This document shows positions 1 through 9,079 of a stretch of DNA of 64,000 nucleotides, one piece after another; the stretch's first letter is position 1; each line of letters begins with the position of its first letter. The DNA comes from Dehalococcoidia bacterium. GTDB taxonomy: Bacteria > Chloroflexota > Dehalococcoidia > Bin125. The notes beneath the pieces were generated by a model, which did no database searches, had not been told where the DNA came from, and saw nothing but the letters and a program-made list of their open reading frames with translations. The position numbers and the translations under genes were made by a program. The stretch is from the NCBI GenBank assembly GCA_963555985.3, contig OY820591.1:1568001-1632000 (forward strand), given 5' to 3'.

Positions 1-114
1 TCCGACTCCGGCCTACCGCTCTACTACAACATCCGCGACGCCGCCCGCGCCATGCGGCGCCTCCTCACCTGGAACACCCGCAGAACCGAGAGAGCCGAAA
101 GAGCACAGTCATGA
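1..114 (+). CDS. 3' end of a probable CoA-binding acyl-CoA synthetase (NDP-forming), truncated by the window edge
   Basis: Frame 1 reads SDSGLPLYYNIRDAARAMRRLLTW...*, similar to the C-terminus of 45182..46651. It overlaps the next gene by ATGA. Confidence 0.5.
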   Translation, partial: SDSGLPLYYNIRDAARAMRRLLTWNTRRTERAERAQS

Positions 115-737
115 GCAACCAGACCACCGACATCTACGAGGTCATGCAGACCCAGCGCGCCATCCGCCGCTGGACCGACGAACCCGTCGATCCCGAAGTG
201 ATCGAGCGCATCATCCAAGCCGGCTGCTGGGCGCCCAGCGGCAGCAACTCCCAGCCTTGGGGTTTCCTTGTCGTCACCGACGACGGCATCCGCGAGCGTC
301 TCGCCACCGTCATCCGCGAGATGTTCAGCTCCCGATTCGGCGGCGACATGCCCAATCCCGACGACATCCCCGATCCCACCACCCGCCGCATGATGCGAGG
401 CGCGTTCAACCTCTTCGACAACTTCGCCGCCGCCCCCGTCTGGATCATCCCCTGCCTCGTCCGCGTCCAGTCGCCCGCGCCGGAGGGGCTGCTCGCCGGC
501 AGCAGCATCTACCCCAGCATCCAGAACATCATGCTCGCCGCCCGCGCCGAGGGCCTCGGTACCGTCCTCACCACCCCGCAGGACGGCATCATGGCCGAAC
601 TCCGCGAAGAACTCAACATCCCCGACAACGCAACCCCCGTCGCCATCATCCCCATGGGCCATCCCAATGCCAACTTCGGCCCCGTCACCCGCAAGCCGCT
701 CTCCGAGTTCCTCCACTGGAACGCCTGGAACGACTAA
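111..737 (+). CDS. Nitroreductase family protein
   Basis: Motifs QRAIRRWTDEPV, APSGSNSQPW and QNIMLAARAEGLG. Confidence 0.9.
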   Translation: MSNQTTDIYEVMQTQRAIRRWTDEPVDPEVIERIIQAGCWAPSGSNSQPWGFLVVTDDGIRERLATVIREMFSSRFGGDMPNPDDIPDPTTRRMMRGAFNLFDNFAAAPVWIIPCLVRVQSPAPEGLLAGSSIYPSIQNIMLAARAEGLGTVLTTPQDGIMAELREELNIPDNATPVAIIPMGHPNANFGPVTRKPLSEFLHWNAWND

Positions 738-783
738 CTCCCACTTGACTCCGGCGCGACCTCGACGCAAACTGATCTAGGAT

Positions 784-795
784 GAACATATGGTC
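784..795. promoter_or_regulatory. Possible LexA (SOS) box, one mismatch
   Basis: GAAC-ATAT-GGTC compared with the GAAC-N4-GTTC consensus; lies upstream of the alkA-like gene. Confidence 0.3.
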
Positions 796-937
796 TCTAT
801 TGATCAGAACGCGCCTGCAATAAACACATTGACAACCGCCCCGAGCCAGCGCCGGGCCTCTGTCCAGTCCGCTTCGTCGCCCCTCCGCGATCGCCCAACC
901 AGGTGCCGACTGCCGCGCGCCAAGCCCGTACACAGTC

Positions 938-1065
938 GAACAACGCCGAACAACCAAGACTTACCAGGACTTACCAAACCTAACCACCCTGACCACACGA
1001 TTCCCCGTGTTTTACTGGAGATCGTGCTCGGCGAGGCTCCGGAAAAATTTCTCCCTAACCACCTG
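938..1065 (+). repeat. Dispersed intergenic element with 5/10-bp periodic motifs; homologous to 38345..38475 (inverted)
   Basis: Shares the blocks accaaacctaacca-cctgacca, ggagatcgt and gaaaaa(a/t)ttct..aac.acct with the reverse complement of 38345-38475. Confidence 0.6.
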
Positions 1066-1127
1066 ATCATCCAGAAACTCCTCCGCCCCCCGAACAACCC
1101 GAACAGCAGGAACGAGTAGCCAACGCC

Positions 1128-1775
1128 ATGTCGTCCGTCCGACGCAAGTTCTCGATCCGCAAGGCCTCCGCCCACCTGCGTGAGGCGGATCCGATCCTCG
1201 CCCGCCTGATCGACGAGCATGGACAGTACGAACCACGCCCTTCCAACGATCCCTGGTCGGCGCTCGTCCGATCGATCCTCTTCCAGCAACTCGCCGGCGC
1301 GGCGGCGTCGGCGATCCAGCGCAAATGGTTCGGCTTCTACGGCGACGAGCAGACCACACCGACGCCGGAACAGATTCTGGCCACATCGGACGAGGACTTC
1401 CGCGCCTGCGGCATCTCGCGCCAGAAGATGTCCTACTTCCGCGACCTCGCCCTGCACACCTCCGACGGCCGGCTCAAGCTCTCGCGCCTCAATCGCTTGT
1501 CCGACGACGACGTGACCACAGCCCTCACCCAAGTCAAGGGCATCGGCGAGTGGACCGCGCATATGCATCTAATGTTTCACCTCGGCCGCCCCGACATCCT
1601 GCCCGTCGGCGACCTCGGCGTGCGCAAAGGGATGCAGCTTGCCTACAGCCTGGCCGAGATGCCGACGCCCAAAGAAGCCATCGCGATCGGCGCAAAGTGG
1701 GCGCCCTACCGCTCCGTCGGCAGCTGGTACATGTGGCGCGCCGCCGACACGTTCACGCCCGAACAGTCTCTGTAA
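1128..1775 (+). CDS. alkA: DNA-3-methyladenine glycosylase II (AlkA/HhH-GPD family)
   Basis: Motifs ALVRSILFQQL, LTQVKGIGEWTA, RPDILPVGDLGVRKG and WAPYRS. Confidence 0.85.
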   Translation: MSSVRRKFSIRKASAHLREADPILARLIDEHGQYEPRPSNDPWSALVRSILFQQLAGAAASAIQRKWFGFYGDEQTTPTPEQILATSDEDFRACGISRQKMSYFRDLALHTSDGRLKLSRLNRLSDDDVTTALTQVKGIGEWTAHMHLMFHLGRPDILPVGDLGVRKGMQLAYSLAEMPTPKEAIAIGAKWAPYRSVGSWYMWRAADTFTPEQSL

Positions 1776-1786
1776 GGAGTCCGAAC

Positions 1787-2719
1787 ATGCCCGATTCATC
1801 GCGCGACCAGCTCATCGGCTTCATCGGGACGGGCAACATCGGCAACCCGATGGCTCGAAACCTGATCGAGGCCGGGCATCAGCTCGTAGTCTTCGACCTC
1901 CGCCCCGAAGTGATGGAGAACCTGCTCGAGCTCGGCGCGGAGTCCGCCGGCAGCAGCGCCGAAGTCGCGTCCCGATGCTCCATCGTCTTCACCTCACTGC
2001 CCGGTCCACCGGAGGTCGACGCCGCGATCAATAGCCCTGACGGAATTCTCGCGGGCGCGCAGCGTGGTGATATCCACGTTGACCTCAGCAGCAACTCGAT
2101 CACGGTCGTCAAGCGTCTCGCGCAGCAGGAAGCTGATGCGGGCGTGGCCTACATCGACGCCCCGGTCACAGGCGGCGTACCCGGCGCGGAAGCGGGCACG
2201 CTGACCGTGCTCGGCAGCGGCGACGAAGAGGCCTTCGAGCAAGTGCGTCCGCTGTTGGAGGCGATTGGCTCGAACATCTTCCATCTCGGCGAAGCAGGCG
2301 CGGGCTGTCTCTTCAAGCTGCTCAACAACGTCATCATCCTCTGCGGCAACCAGATCGTGCAGGAAGCCCTGGTCCTGGGCACCAAGGCGGGGCTCGATCC
2401 CGAAGACCTAGTGGACAAGCTCCGGTTGGGCACGGCGCGACCGTACATGGGACTCGCCCCCTACCTGCTCGGCAAGCGCTTCGACAATCCTTCCTTCACC
2501 CTGCGCCTGGCCGAAAAGGACGTCTCGCTTGCCCTCGAAGCCGCCCGCGCCAACCAGGTGCCGATGCCCGTCGCCAACGCCGCCCACCAGACCTACCTTC
2601 GAGCCCTCAGCGCCGATCTCGGAGAACAGTCCTTCCTCGCCACCCTCCAAGCACTCGAAGCCGCAGCCGGCTCGGAAATCCCCACCATCCAAATCGAAGG
2701 CGGCCGCGACTCGCTCTAA
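1787..2719 (+). CDS. NAD(P)-dependent oxidoreductase, 3-hydroxyisobutyrate dehydrogenase family
   Basis: Motifs IGFIGTGNIGNPMA, DAPVTGG and KLLNN; AAGGAG RBS before ATG 1787. Confidence 0.9.
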   Translation: MPDSSRDQLIGFIGTGNIGNPMARNLIEAGHQLVVFDLRPEVMENLLELGAESAGSSAEVASRCSIVFTSLPGPPEVDAAINSPDGILAGAQRGDIHVDLSSNSITVVKRLAQQEADAGVAYIDAPVTGGVPGAEAGTLTVLGSGDEEAFEQVRPLLEAIGSNIFHLGEAGAGCLFKLLNNVIILCGNQIVQEALVLGTKAGLDPEDLVDKLRLGTARPYMGLAPYLLGKRFDNPSFTLRLAEKDVSLALEAARANQVPMPVANAAHQTYLRALSADLGEQSFLATLQALEAAAGSEIPTIQIEGGRDSL

Positions 2720-2742
2720 CTGAAGCTCGTCCCCGCTCCACG

Positions 2743-2875
2743 GAGGCCTTTGCAAAACCCCCATTTCCGTCATTCCCGCGAACGCGGGAATCCATGCGGC
2801 GTATCGAGTGGGATGTAGATTCTCGCGTTCGCAAGAATGGCGAAACGCTCAGATCGGGGATTCTGCAAAGGCCTC
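2743..2875. mobile_element. MITE copy 1 (133 bp) with terminal inverted repeats and a target-site duplication
   Basis: Ends are GAGGCCTTTGCAAAACCCC and GGGGATTCTGCAAAGGCCTC; CTCCACG flanks both sides as a direct repeat; internal palindrome GTCATTCCCGCGAACGCGGGAATCCA. Confidence 0.8.
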
Positions 2876-2912
2876 CTCCACGCGGGGACCCGTCTGAACG
2901 GAGACACGTTCC

Positions 2913-3833
2913 ATGCCCGACTCAACCCGCGATCAATACATCGGCTTCATCGGAACCGGCAACATCGGCAATCCGATGGCGCGTCAGTTGATCAGAGGCG
3001 GGCATCAGTTGATCGTCTACGACCTGCGCCCCGAGGCGATCGAGAATCTGCTCGAACTCGGCGCCGAACCCGCCGCCAGCCCGTCCGAGGTCGCATCGCG
3101 CTGTTCAGTCGTTTTCACCTCGCTCCCTGGCCCGCCTCAGATCGAGGCGGCCACAGCCGGCCCCGGCGGCATCCTCACCGGAGCCTCGCCCGGAGACATC
3201 CACGTCGACCTCAGCACGAACTCGCTCAAAGGCGTCCAACGAATGCTGGCGCTCGAAGCCGATGCCGGCGTCGTACACATCGATGCCCCCGTCACCGGCG
3301 GCGTCGTCCGAGCTGGTCAGGGCACGCTGACCGTCTACGGCAGCGGAGACGCCGAGACATTCGAGCGCGTTCGCCCGCTCCTTGAACACATCGGCGCGAA
3401 CGTGTTCCACCTCGGCGAGGCCGGCATGGGCTGCCTCTACAAGCTGGTCAACAACGTGATCGTGTTGAGCGGCCACATGATTGTGCATGAGGCGTTGGTG
3501 CTAGGAGCCAAGGCGGGGTTAGATATGCGCGACCTGGTCGAGAAGCTTCGACTCGGTACCGCGCGACCGTACATGTTCATGGTCGATGAGTTGCTGGCCA
3601 AGCAATGGGAGAACCCCACCTCTCAGGGCTTCATCGCAGAGAAAGACCTTGCGCTCGCGTTGGAACTGGCGCGCGACACTCAAGTCCCGATGCCGGTCGC
3701 CAACGCCGTCCATCAAACGTATCTGGCAATGCTGGCTGCGGGTTTCGGCGAGCTGCATCATTACTCCGCGCAGAACGTTCTCGAGGCGGCGGCCGGAATC
3801 GAGATCCCCGCGATGGAGTTGCAGGACGAGTGA
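2913..3833 (+). CDS. NAD(P)-dependent oxidoreductase, 3-hydroxyisobutyrate dehydrogenase family (tandem paralogue)
   Basis: Same motifs as 1787..2719 and closely similar to it. Confidence 0.9.
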   Translation: MPDSTRDQYIGFIGTGNIGNPMARQLIRGGHQLIVYDLRPEAIENLLELGAEPAASPSEVASRCSVVFTSLPGPPQIEAATAGPGGILTGASPGDIHVDLSTNSLKGVQRMLALEADAGVVHIDAPVTGGVVRAGQGTLTVYGSGDAETFERVRPLLEHIGANVFHLGEAGMGCLYKLVNNVIVLSGHMIVHEALVLGAKAGLDMRDLVEKLRLGTARPYMFMVDELLAKQWENPTSQGFIAEKDLALALELARDTQVPMPVANAVHQTYLAMLAAGFGELHHYSAQNVLEAAAGIEIPAMELQDE

Positions 3834-3870
3834 GCCCCTTGTCGAAATCCCCGATCAGCTCAACGGCGCC

Positions 3871-5394
3871 CTACCAAGCATCCACAGGGTGCTTCTTCAC
3901 CGCCGGCAACGGCGCACGCGGCGTCATCCGCAGCATCGCGATCAGCCGCTCCCGCGTCTCTTCCGGCGCAATCACGTCGTCAAAGTCGTAACGCTTACCC
4001 GCATTGATCGCGGAATTCCGCTCGCGCATCTCCGCCGCCCACTCGTCCCGCATTCGCTTCGCCTCAGCCGGATCCTCGCGCTCGACCTCCCGAATCCGAT
4101 CACGATTGACTAACAGCGACGCGCCCTCAAGACCCATCCCGCCAGACTCCGCCGTCGGCCAGGCCAGCTTCAGATCGCGATTGGCGTAGCTGTTCCCCAT
4201 CGCCGCCGGACCGAGACCGTACGCCTTGCGCAGCTGAATCGTGTACAGCGGAACCGTCCGATGCTGATGCGCAATGATCGGCCGCGCATGGTGCCGCGCG
4301 ATCCCCGCCTCCTCCGCCGGCCTGCCGACCATGTAGCCGGGGTTGTCGATGAACGACACCATCGGAAGCTCATACGCATCGCAGAGCTGGATGAATCGCG
4401 CGATCTTGTCCGATGCGTCCGAGTCAATCGCCCCCGCAATCCGCGACAGCGGCTGATTCGCAATGATCCCAACCGAACGCCCGCCCAGCCGCGCCAGCGC
4501 CGTGATCAGCTGCGGAGCCCAGCTCGGACGCAGCTCGAACAGCGTGCCGCGATCCATCACCGCCCGCAGCACCTTGAGCATGTTGTAAGCCCGCCGGCGG
4601 TTAGAAGGCACGATCCCGCGAATGCGCTCAGCGCTGGGGTCGATCTCCCCATCCGCCAGGTCGTACAGGAAGTAGCGCAGATATCGACCGGCCGCGCCGA
4701 TCGCCTCAGCCTCCGTCTCAACCATCAGATCGATCCCGCCGACCCGATCATGCATCTCCGCCGGCCCAATCTCGTCCGGCGTGAGCTTCAGACCCATCGC
4801 TCCCTCAACTAGCGGCGGACCACCCATCCCGATCGCCGAATCGCGAGTCGCCACGATGAAGTCCGACAGCCCCGCAATCGAGGCGTTGCCCGCAAACGAC
4901 CGCCCCGAAACGACCGAGACCGTCGGTACCCACCCCGAGAGCTGAGCCATCCCGTCGAACGTCCCCCAGCGCCCCGTCAGTCCCATCCGCGACCCACCCA
5001 AATCATGCGCTCGCGCGCCGCCCCCGTCCGCGAAAGTAATCAGCGGCCAGCGCCGCTCATAGACCAACTCAATCAAGCGGTCGAACTTCCCGTGATTCAG
5101 CGCCGTCTGCGTCCCGCCGGCCACGGTGTAGTCATACGACGCAATCGCGACCGGATGACCCTCAATCGTCCCGAAACCCTGCACCAGCCCGTCCGCAGGC
5201 CCCTCGAACGCCTTGTTGCTCGGTACCGCGAGCGCGCCGTACTCAACGAAACTGTCCTCGTCGAGCATCATCGCGATTCGCTCACGCGCAGTGAACTTCC
5301 CCCTCGCGTGGACTCTCGCCGCCGCATCCGGGCGCGCCTCATCCATCGCGCCGGCGCGCGCTTCCAAGACCTCATTGATGATCGCTTCGTCCAT
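3871..5394 (-). CDS. Acyl-CoA carboxylase carboxyltransferase (beta) subunit
   Basis: Motifs GKFTARERI, DYTVAGGT, DGGGAR, GIIANQP and LRKAYG. Confidence 0.9.
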   Translation of the reverse strand: MDEAIINEVLEARAGAMDEARPDAAARVHARGKFTARERIAMMLDEDSFVEYGALAVPSNKAFEGPADGLVQGFGTIEGHPVAIASYDYTVAGGTQTALNHGKFDRLIELVYERRWPLITFADGGGARAHDLGGSRMGLTGRWGTFDGMAQLSGWVPTVSVVSGRSFAGNASIAGLSDFIVATRDSAIGMGGPPLVEGAMGLKLTPDEIGPAEMHDRVGGIDLMVETEAEAIGAAGRYLRYFLYDLADGEIDPSAERIRGIVPSNRRRAYNMLKVLRAVMDRGTLFELRPSWAPQLITALARLGGRSVGIIANQPLSRIAGAIDSDASDKIARFIQLCDAYELPMVSFIDNPGYMVGRPAEEAGIARHHARPIIAHQHRTVPLYTIQLRKAYGLGPAAMGNSYANRDLKLAWPTAESGGMGLEGASLLVNRDRIREVEREDPAEAKRMRDEWAAEMRERNSAINAGKRYDFDDVIAPEETRERLIAMLRMTPRAPLPAVKKHPVDAW

Positions 5395-5469
5395 GTCTGA
5401 GCCTCATCCGCTGGTACGCTCCGCATACGGTATCCGCCCGCATCGAGATCGCCGGTTGGGAGCAACAAA

Positions 5470-7403
5470 ATGGCCTCGGATATTGATCTGGTCGGCCCGT
5501 TGTACGTGAAATGCAGCGGCGAGCCTTGGACGAGCCGGACGCATTCTGGTCCGAGGCCGCCGCCCGGATCCCTTGGTTCCGGGAGTGGGATGAGGTGCTG
5601 GAGTGGACGCCCGGAGCTGTGCCTGCCTTCCAGTGGTTCATCGGCGGCGAGACAAACCTCTCCTATGCCTGTCTCGATGCGCAGGTGATTCAGGGTCACG
5701 GTGGACGTGCCGCCCTGATCGCGCTGGATGAGTCCGGCGCGCAGCGCGTCTTCACCTATGCCCAGTTGCTCAAGCGCGTCGAGCGCATCGCCGCGTCACT
5801 TCGAGCGATCGGCATCGAGCGCGGCGATCGCGTCGCCATCTACATGCCCACCAACTACGAAGCCATCGCCTTGATGCTCGCCTGCGCCCGGATCGGTGCC
5901 GTCCACCTCGTCATCTTCGCCGGATTCGGTGCCGGCGCCATCGCCGATCGCGTCAAGATGGCCGAGGCCAAAGCGCTCTTCATGTCCGACATCACCTACC
6001 GGCGCGGACGCGACGTGCCCCTCGATCACTTCGTCCGAGGAGCGCTCGAGAACGAAGGCGCACACGATGTGGTCGAAACGGTGGTCGTCGAACGTCGTCG
6101 CGCAGACAGTCCCGAAGTCGCCCCGGGCAAGGAGATGAGCTGGGAAGAATTCCTGGCCGCAGGCGAAGGCGGCGACGGCTCCTTTACTCCGATGGAGGCG
6201 AATGACCCCGCCTACATCTTGGCCACGTCAGGCACGACCGCGAAGCCCAAGCTCTGTGTGCACACGCACGGCGGCTACGCCGTCTGGATTTCGAGCATGG
6301 CCGAGTGGATGTTCGATCTCCGCCCCGAAGACGTCTGGTGGGCGACCTCCGACATCGGCTGGGTCGTCGGCCACTCCTACATCGTCTACGCCCCGCTCCT
6401 GGTCGGCGCGGCGACCATCGCGTTTGAAGGAGCGCTCGACTATCCCGACGTAAGCACCTTCTACAAGATCGTCGAAGATCACGGCGTGACCGGCATGTTC
6501 ACCTCGCCCACCGCGATCCGCCTCTTGATGCGATCAGGCGCTGAGGTAGCAGACGACGTCGACCTGACATCGCTCACGCGCGTGTTCTCCGCCGGCGAAG
6601 TGCTCAATCCGCCCGCCTGGGAGTGGTTCCAGCACGAGATCTTCAACGATCAGATCCCGGTCCTCGATCATATGTGGCAGACCGAGACCGGCGGTCCGAT
6701 CATCGGCAATCCCTACGGCATGCAGATGCTGCCGATCAAGCCCGGCTCGGCCGGCATTCCACTGCCCGGGATCGAAGGCATCGTGCTCTCGCCGGAGGGC
6801 GAAACGCTTGGCCCCGATGAGAAAGGCATCTTCGCAATCACGCGCCCCTTCCCCGGACTTACAGCGCGGCTCTGGGGCGAGCCGGAGCGCTACCAGACCG
6901 ACTACTGGGGCAAAGTCCCGGGCGAACAGGTCTACTTCACCGGCGACGCCACCTCGGTCGATACGGATGGGTATGTCTGGTTCTCGGGCCGCGCCGACGA
7001 GATCATCAAGATCGCCGCGCACCGAATCGGGACGATCGAGGTAGAAAGCGCCATCCTGCGCCATCCAGGCGCGGCCGAGGCTGGCGTGACCGGGCGTCCG
7101 GACGAGCTGCGAGGCGAGGTGATTTCCGCGTTCGTCGTGCTCAAAGCGGGCTACGAACCGTCCGAAGACGTCCGCCGGGAGATCTTGCAAACCGTCCGTG
7201 GCGAGCTCGGCCCCGTCGCCGTGATCGGCGAGCTGAACTTCGTCGATCATCTCCCCAAGACGCGCAGCGGGAAGATCATGCGGCGCGTGCTGAAGGCGGT
7301 GACCCTGGACACGGATCCGGGTGATATCTCGACAATTGAGGACGAAGGCTCGGTCGAGGAGGCGCATGCGGCTTGGCAGCGGATGCGCGCCGCGCTTGGC
7401 TAG
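5470..7403 (+). CDS. acs: Acetate--CoA ligase (AMP-forming); apparent 1-nt frameshift near 5500, otherwise starts at ATG 5511
   Basis: Motifs TSGTTAKPK, WQTETGG, GRADE and LPKTRSGKIMRR. The RBS-preceded ATG at 5470 is out of frame with the main ORF. Confidence 0.88.
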
Positions 7404-7411
7404 GAGCGATC

Positions 7412-8131
7412 GTGCTTCAACGTATTCGTGAGAGCGCACGCGACGACGAGCGGCTGGAGCGCTGGGAGCAGCGGACCAACCTGCCCTTGCTGTTGTTGGC
7501 GGCGGCGATGCTGCCGATCCTGATCGGACAGATGCTGCTTGACCTGGACGCTGCGACGGATGATCTGCTCGAGCTCGGCAGTTGGTTGATCTGGGCGGTC
7601 TTCACGGTCGACCTGGCCGTGCGGCTCTGGTTCGCCGAGAATCGTCGGCGCTTCCTGATTCGGAACTGGATCGATGTCCTCATCGTCGCGGTTCCGTTCC
7701 TGCGTCCGCTGCGCCTGCTCCGCGTGCTCATCGTGCTTGCGCGCTTGTGGCGTCTCCTCGATCGCCGCGGAGTGCGGAGCACGCTAGTGCTCGCGCTCGT
7801 CGTGATGGCCGGCGCGACCGCCGCAGTCTGGGTAGTCGAGCGCGGCTCCGGCGGCGTAATTCACGGATGGGAATCTGCGCTCTGGTGGACACTGGTCACA
7901 ATGGCGACCGGCGACGGGGTGCGCGAGGCGACCACCGTGATTGGCAAGATCCTGGGAGTCGTAGTAACCCTCCTGGGCTTCGCACTGCTCGGCATGGTGA
8001 CCGCGACGATTGCAGCCGCATTCGTGGAGTCAAGCCAGGACGCGGAACAGGAAGAGATCCTGGCGCATCTGCGTTCCTTGCAGGAGGAAGTGCGGCAATT
8101 GCGAGAGAAGCTCGAGTGGTCGGAGGATTGA
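7412..8131 (+). CDS. Ion channel/ion transporter (K+ channel-like, voltage-sensor-type) with an atypical filter
   Basis: S4-like LRPLRLLR, pore helix ALWWTLVTMAT, filter GDG and a C-terminal coiled coil. Confidence 0.8.
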   Translation: MLQRIRESARDDERLERWEQRTNLPLLLLAAAMLPILIGQMLLDLDAATDDLLELGSWLIWAVFTVDLAVRLWFAENRRRFLIRNWIDVLIVAVPFLRPLRLLRVLIVLARLWRLLDRRGVRSTLVLALVVMAGATAAVWVVERGSGGVIHGWESALWWTLVTMATGDGVREATTVIGKILGVVVTLLGFALLGMVTATIAAAFVESSQDAEQEEILAHLRSLQEEVRQLREKLEWSED

Positions 8132-8154
8132 TACCATTGAGTTGGAGAGGAACC

Positions 8155-8373
8155 ATGACAGACGCGAATCCACCGCAGGAGCATGGCGATAGCTGGCCAA
8201 CGGAACTTCCGCCTCCAGGGCCTGCATACATCATCTCGGAGACCGGATTCGGTCCGACTGGCAGATTTGAGACGGAGCCCGAAGACCGGTTTGAGTGGAA
8301 TTGGTCACGGCTGTTTTCTTGGCTCCAGCGATCCAACGGATCTCCCCAGAAAGGCCGTGCACGCGATGGCTGA
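8155..8373 (+). CDS. Small hypothetical protein
   Basis: GGAGAGG RBS before the ATG; Pro-rich; no recognisable family. Confidence 0.35.
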   Translation: MTDANPPQEHGDSWPTELPPPGPAYIISETGFGPTGRFETEPEDRFEWNWSRLFSWLQRSNGSPQKGRARDG

Positions 8374-8569
8374 CGAAGAGCCGCAGAAATCCACCATCGA
8401 ATGAGCCGCCAGTCACAGAAGCTCCTAGCCCAGTGACACTTGCCTCAACGCCGGAACTCCCGCCTCCGGGACCAGAGAACCTTGTCACTTTGGACCGGAA
8501 CACATCCCGTCAGCTGATCAAGTACATCGGTTTTTGCCGGGTCAGGCTGATTCCGCACCCGAAGACAAG

Positions 8570-9079
8570 TCACTTCTCGGCGAATCCGAGGGCGAGTGAG
8601 GCTGCGGCTGCAACCATGAGAACCGCAAGCACGGACGTGATCATTGCTCTCGTAACCCATTGGCCTTTTGTGAAGATCCTCTCTTCGTTCGCATCCATCG
8701 CCATGAGAATCTCGCGCACAGTCCAGAGAATCACTACCTCGTAAGGGTGAACTCCGGTTGCGACGGTACGCAAGGCGTCCAGGTCGGGCCTCCGGCTGCC
8801 TCGTCCTACTCGATAGGCCCACAAAAGCAACCCGATGTTAAAGACTAATACGAAGATCGTCGAATAGATGAGATATTCTAGAAACCCAGGCAGTACGAGC
8901 TCCCCAAAGCGGAGTGACGCCCCGAGCACTGCGAGCACTGCAAAATTCAGCGCGAACAGCGTGTTCAGGCGACGGTTTAAGGCCTCATGGCGTTCTGCTT
9001 GGTCATCTCGGCGCCACCTCGCTTCACTGAGGTACAAGTTCGCCTTGTCGATTGCCTGCTCTTGGGCTTGATCAGCCAT
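8570..9079 (-). CDS. Hypothetical membrane protein (3 TM)
   Basis: Three hydrophobic segments; abuts the htpX stop codon. Confidence 0.65.
   Translation of the reverse strand: MADQAQEQAIDKANLYLSEARWRRDDQAERHEALNRRLNTLFALNFAVLAVLGASLRFGELVLPGFLEYLIYSTIFVLVFNIGLLLWAYRVGRGSRRPDLDALRTVATGVHPYEVVILWTVREILMAMDANEERIFTKGQWVTRAMITSVLAVLMVAAAASLALGFAEK

Noticed and set aside
1039-1052. Partial gapped match to the array code (AG.AA.TT.TC on the minus strand)
   Set aside because: Only 4 of 15 dinucleotides match before it fails, which is compatible with chance in 64 kb.
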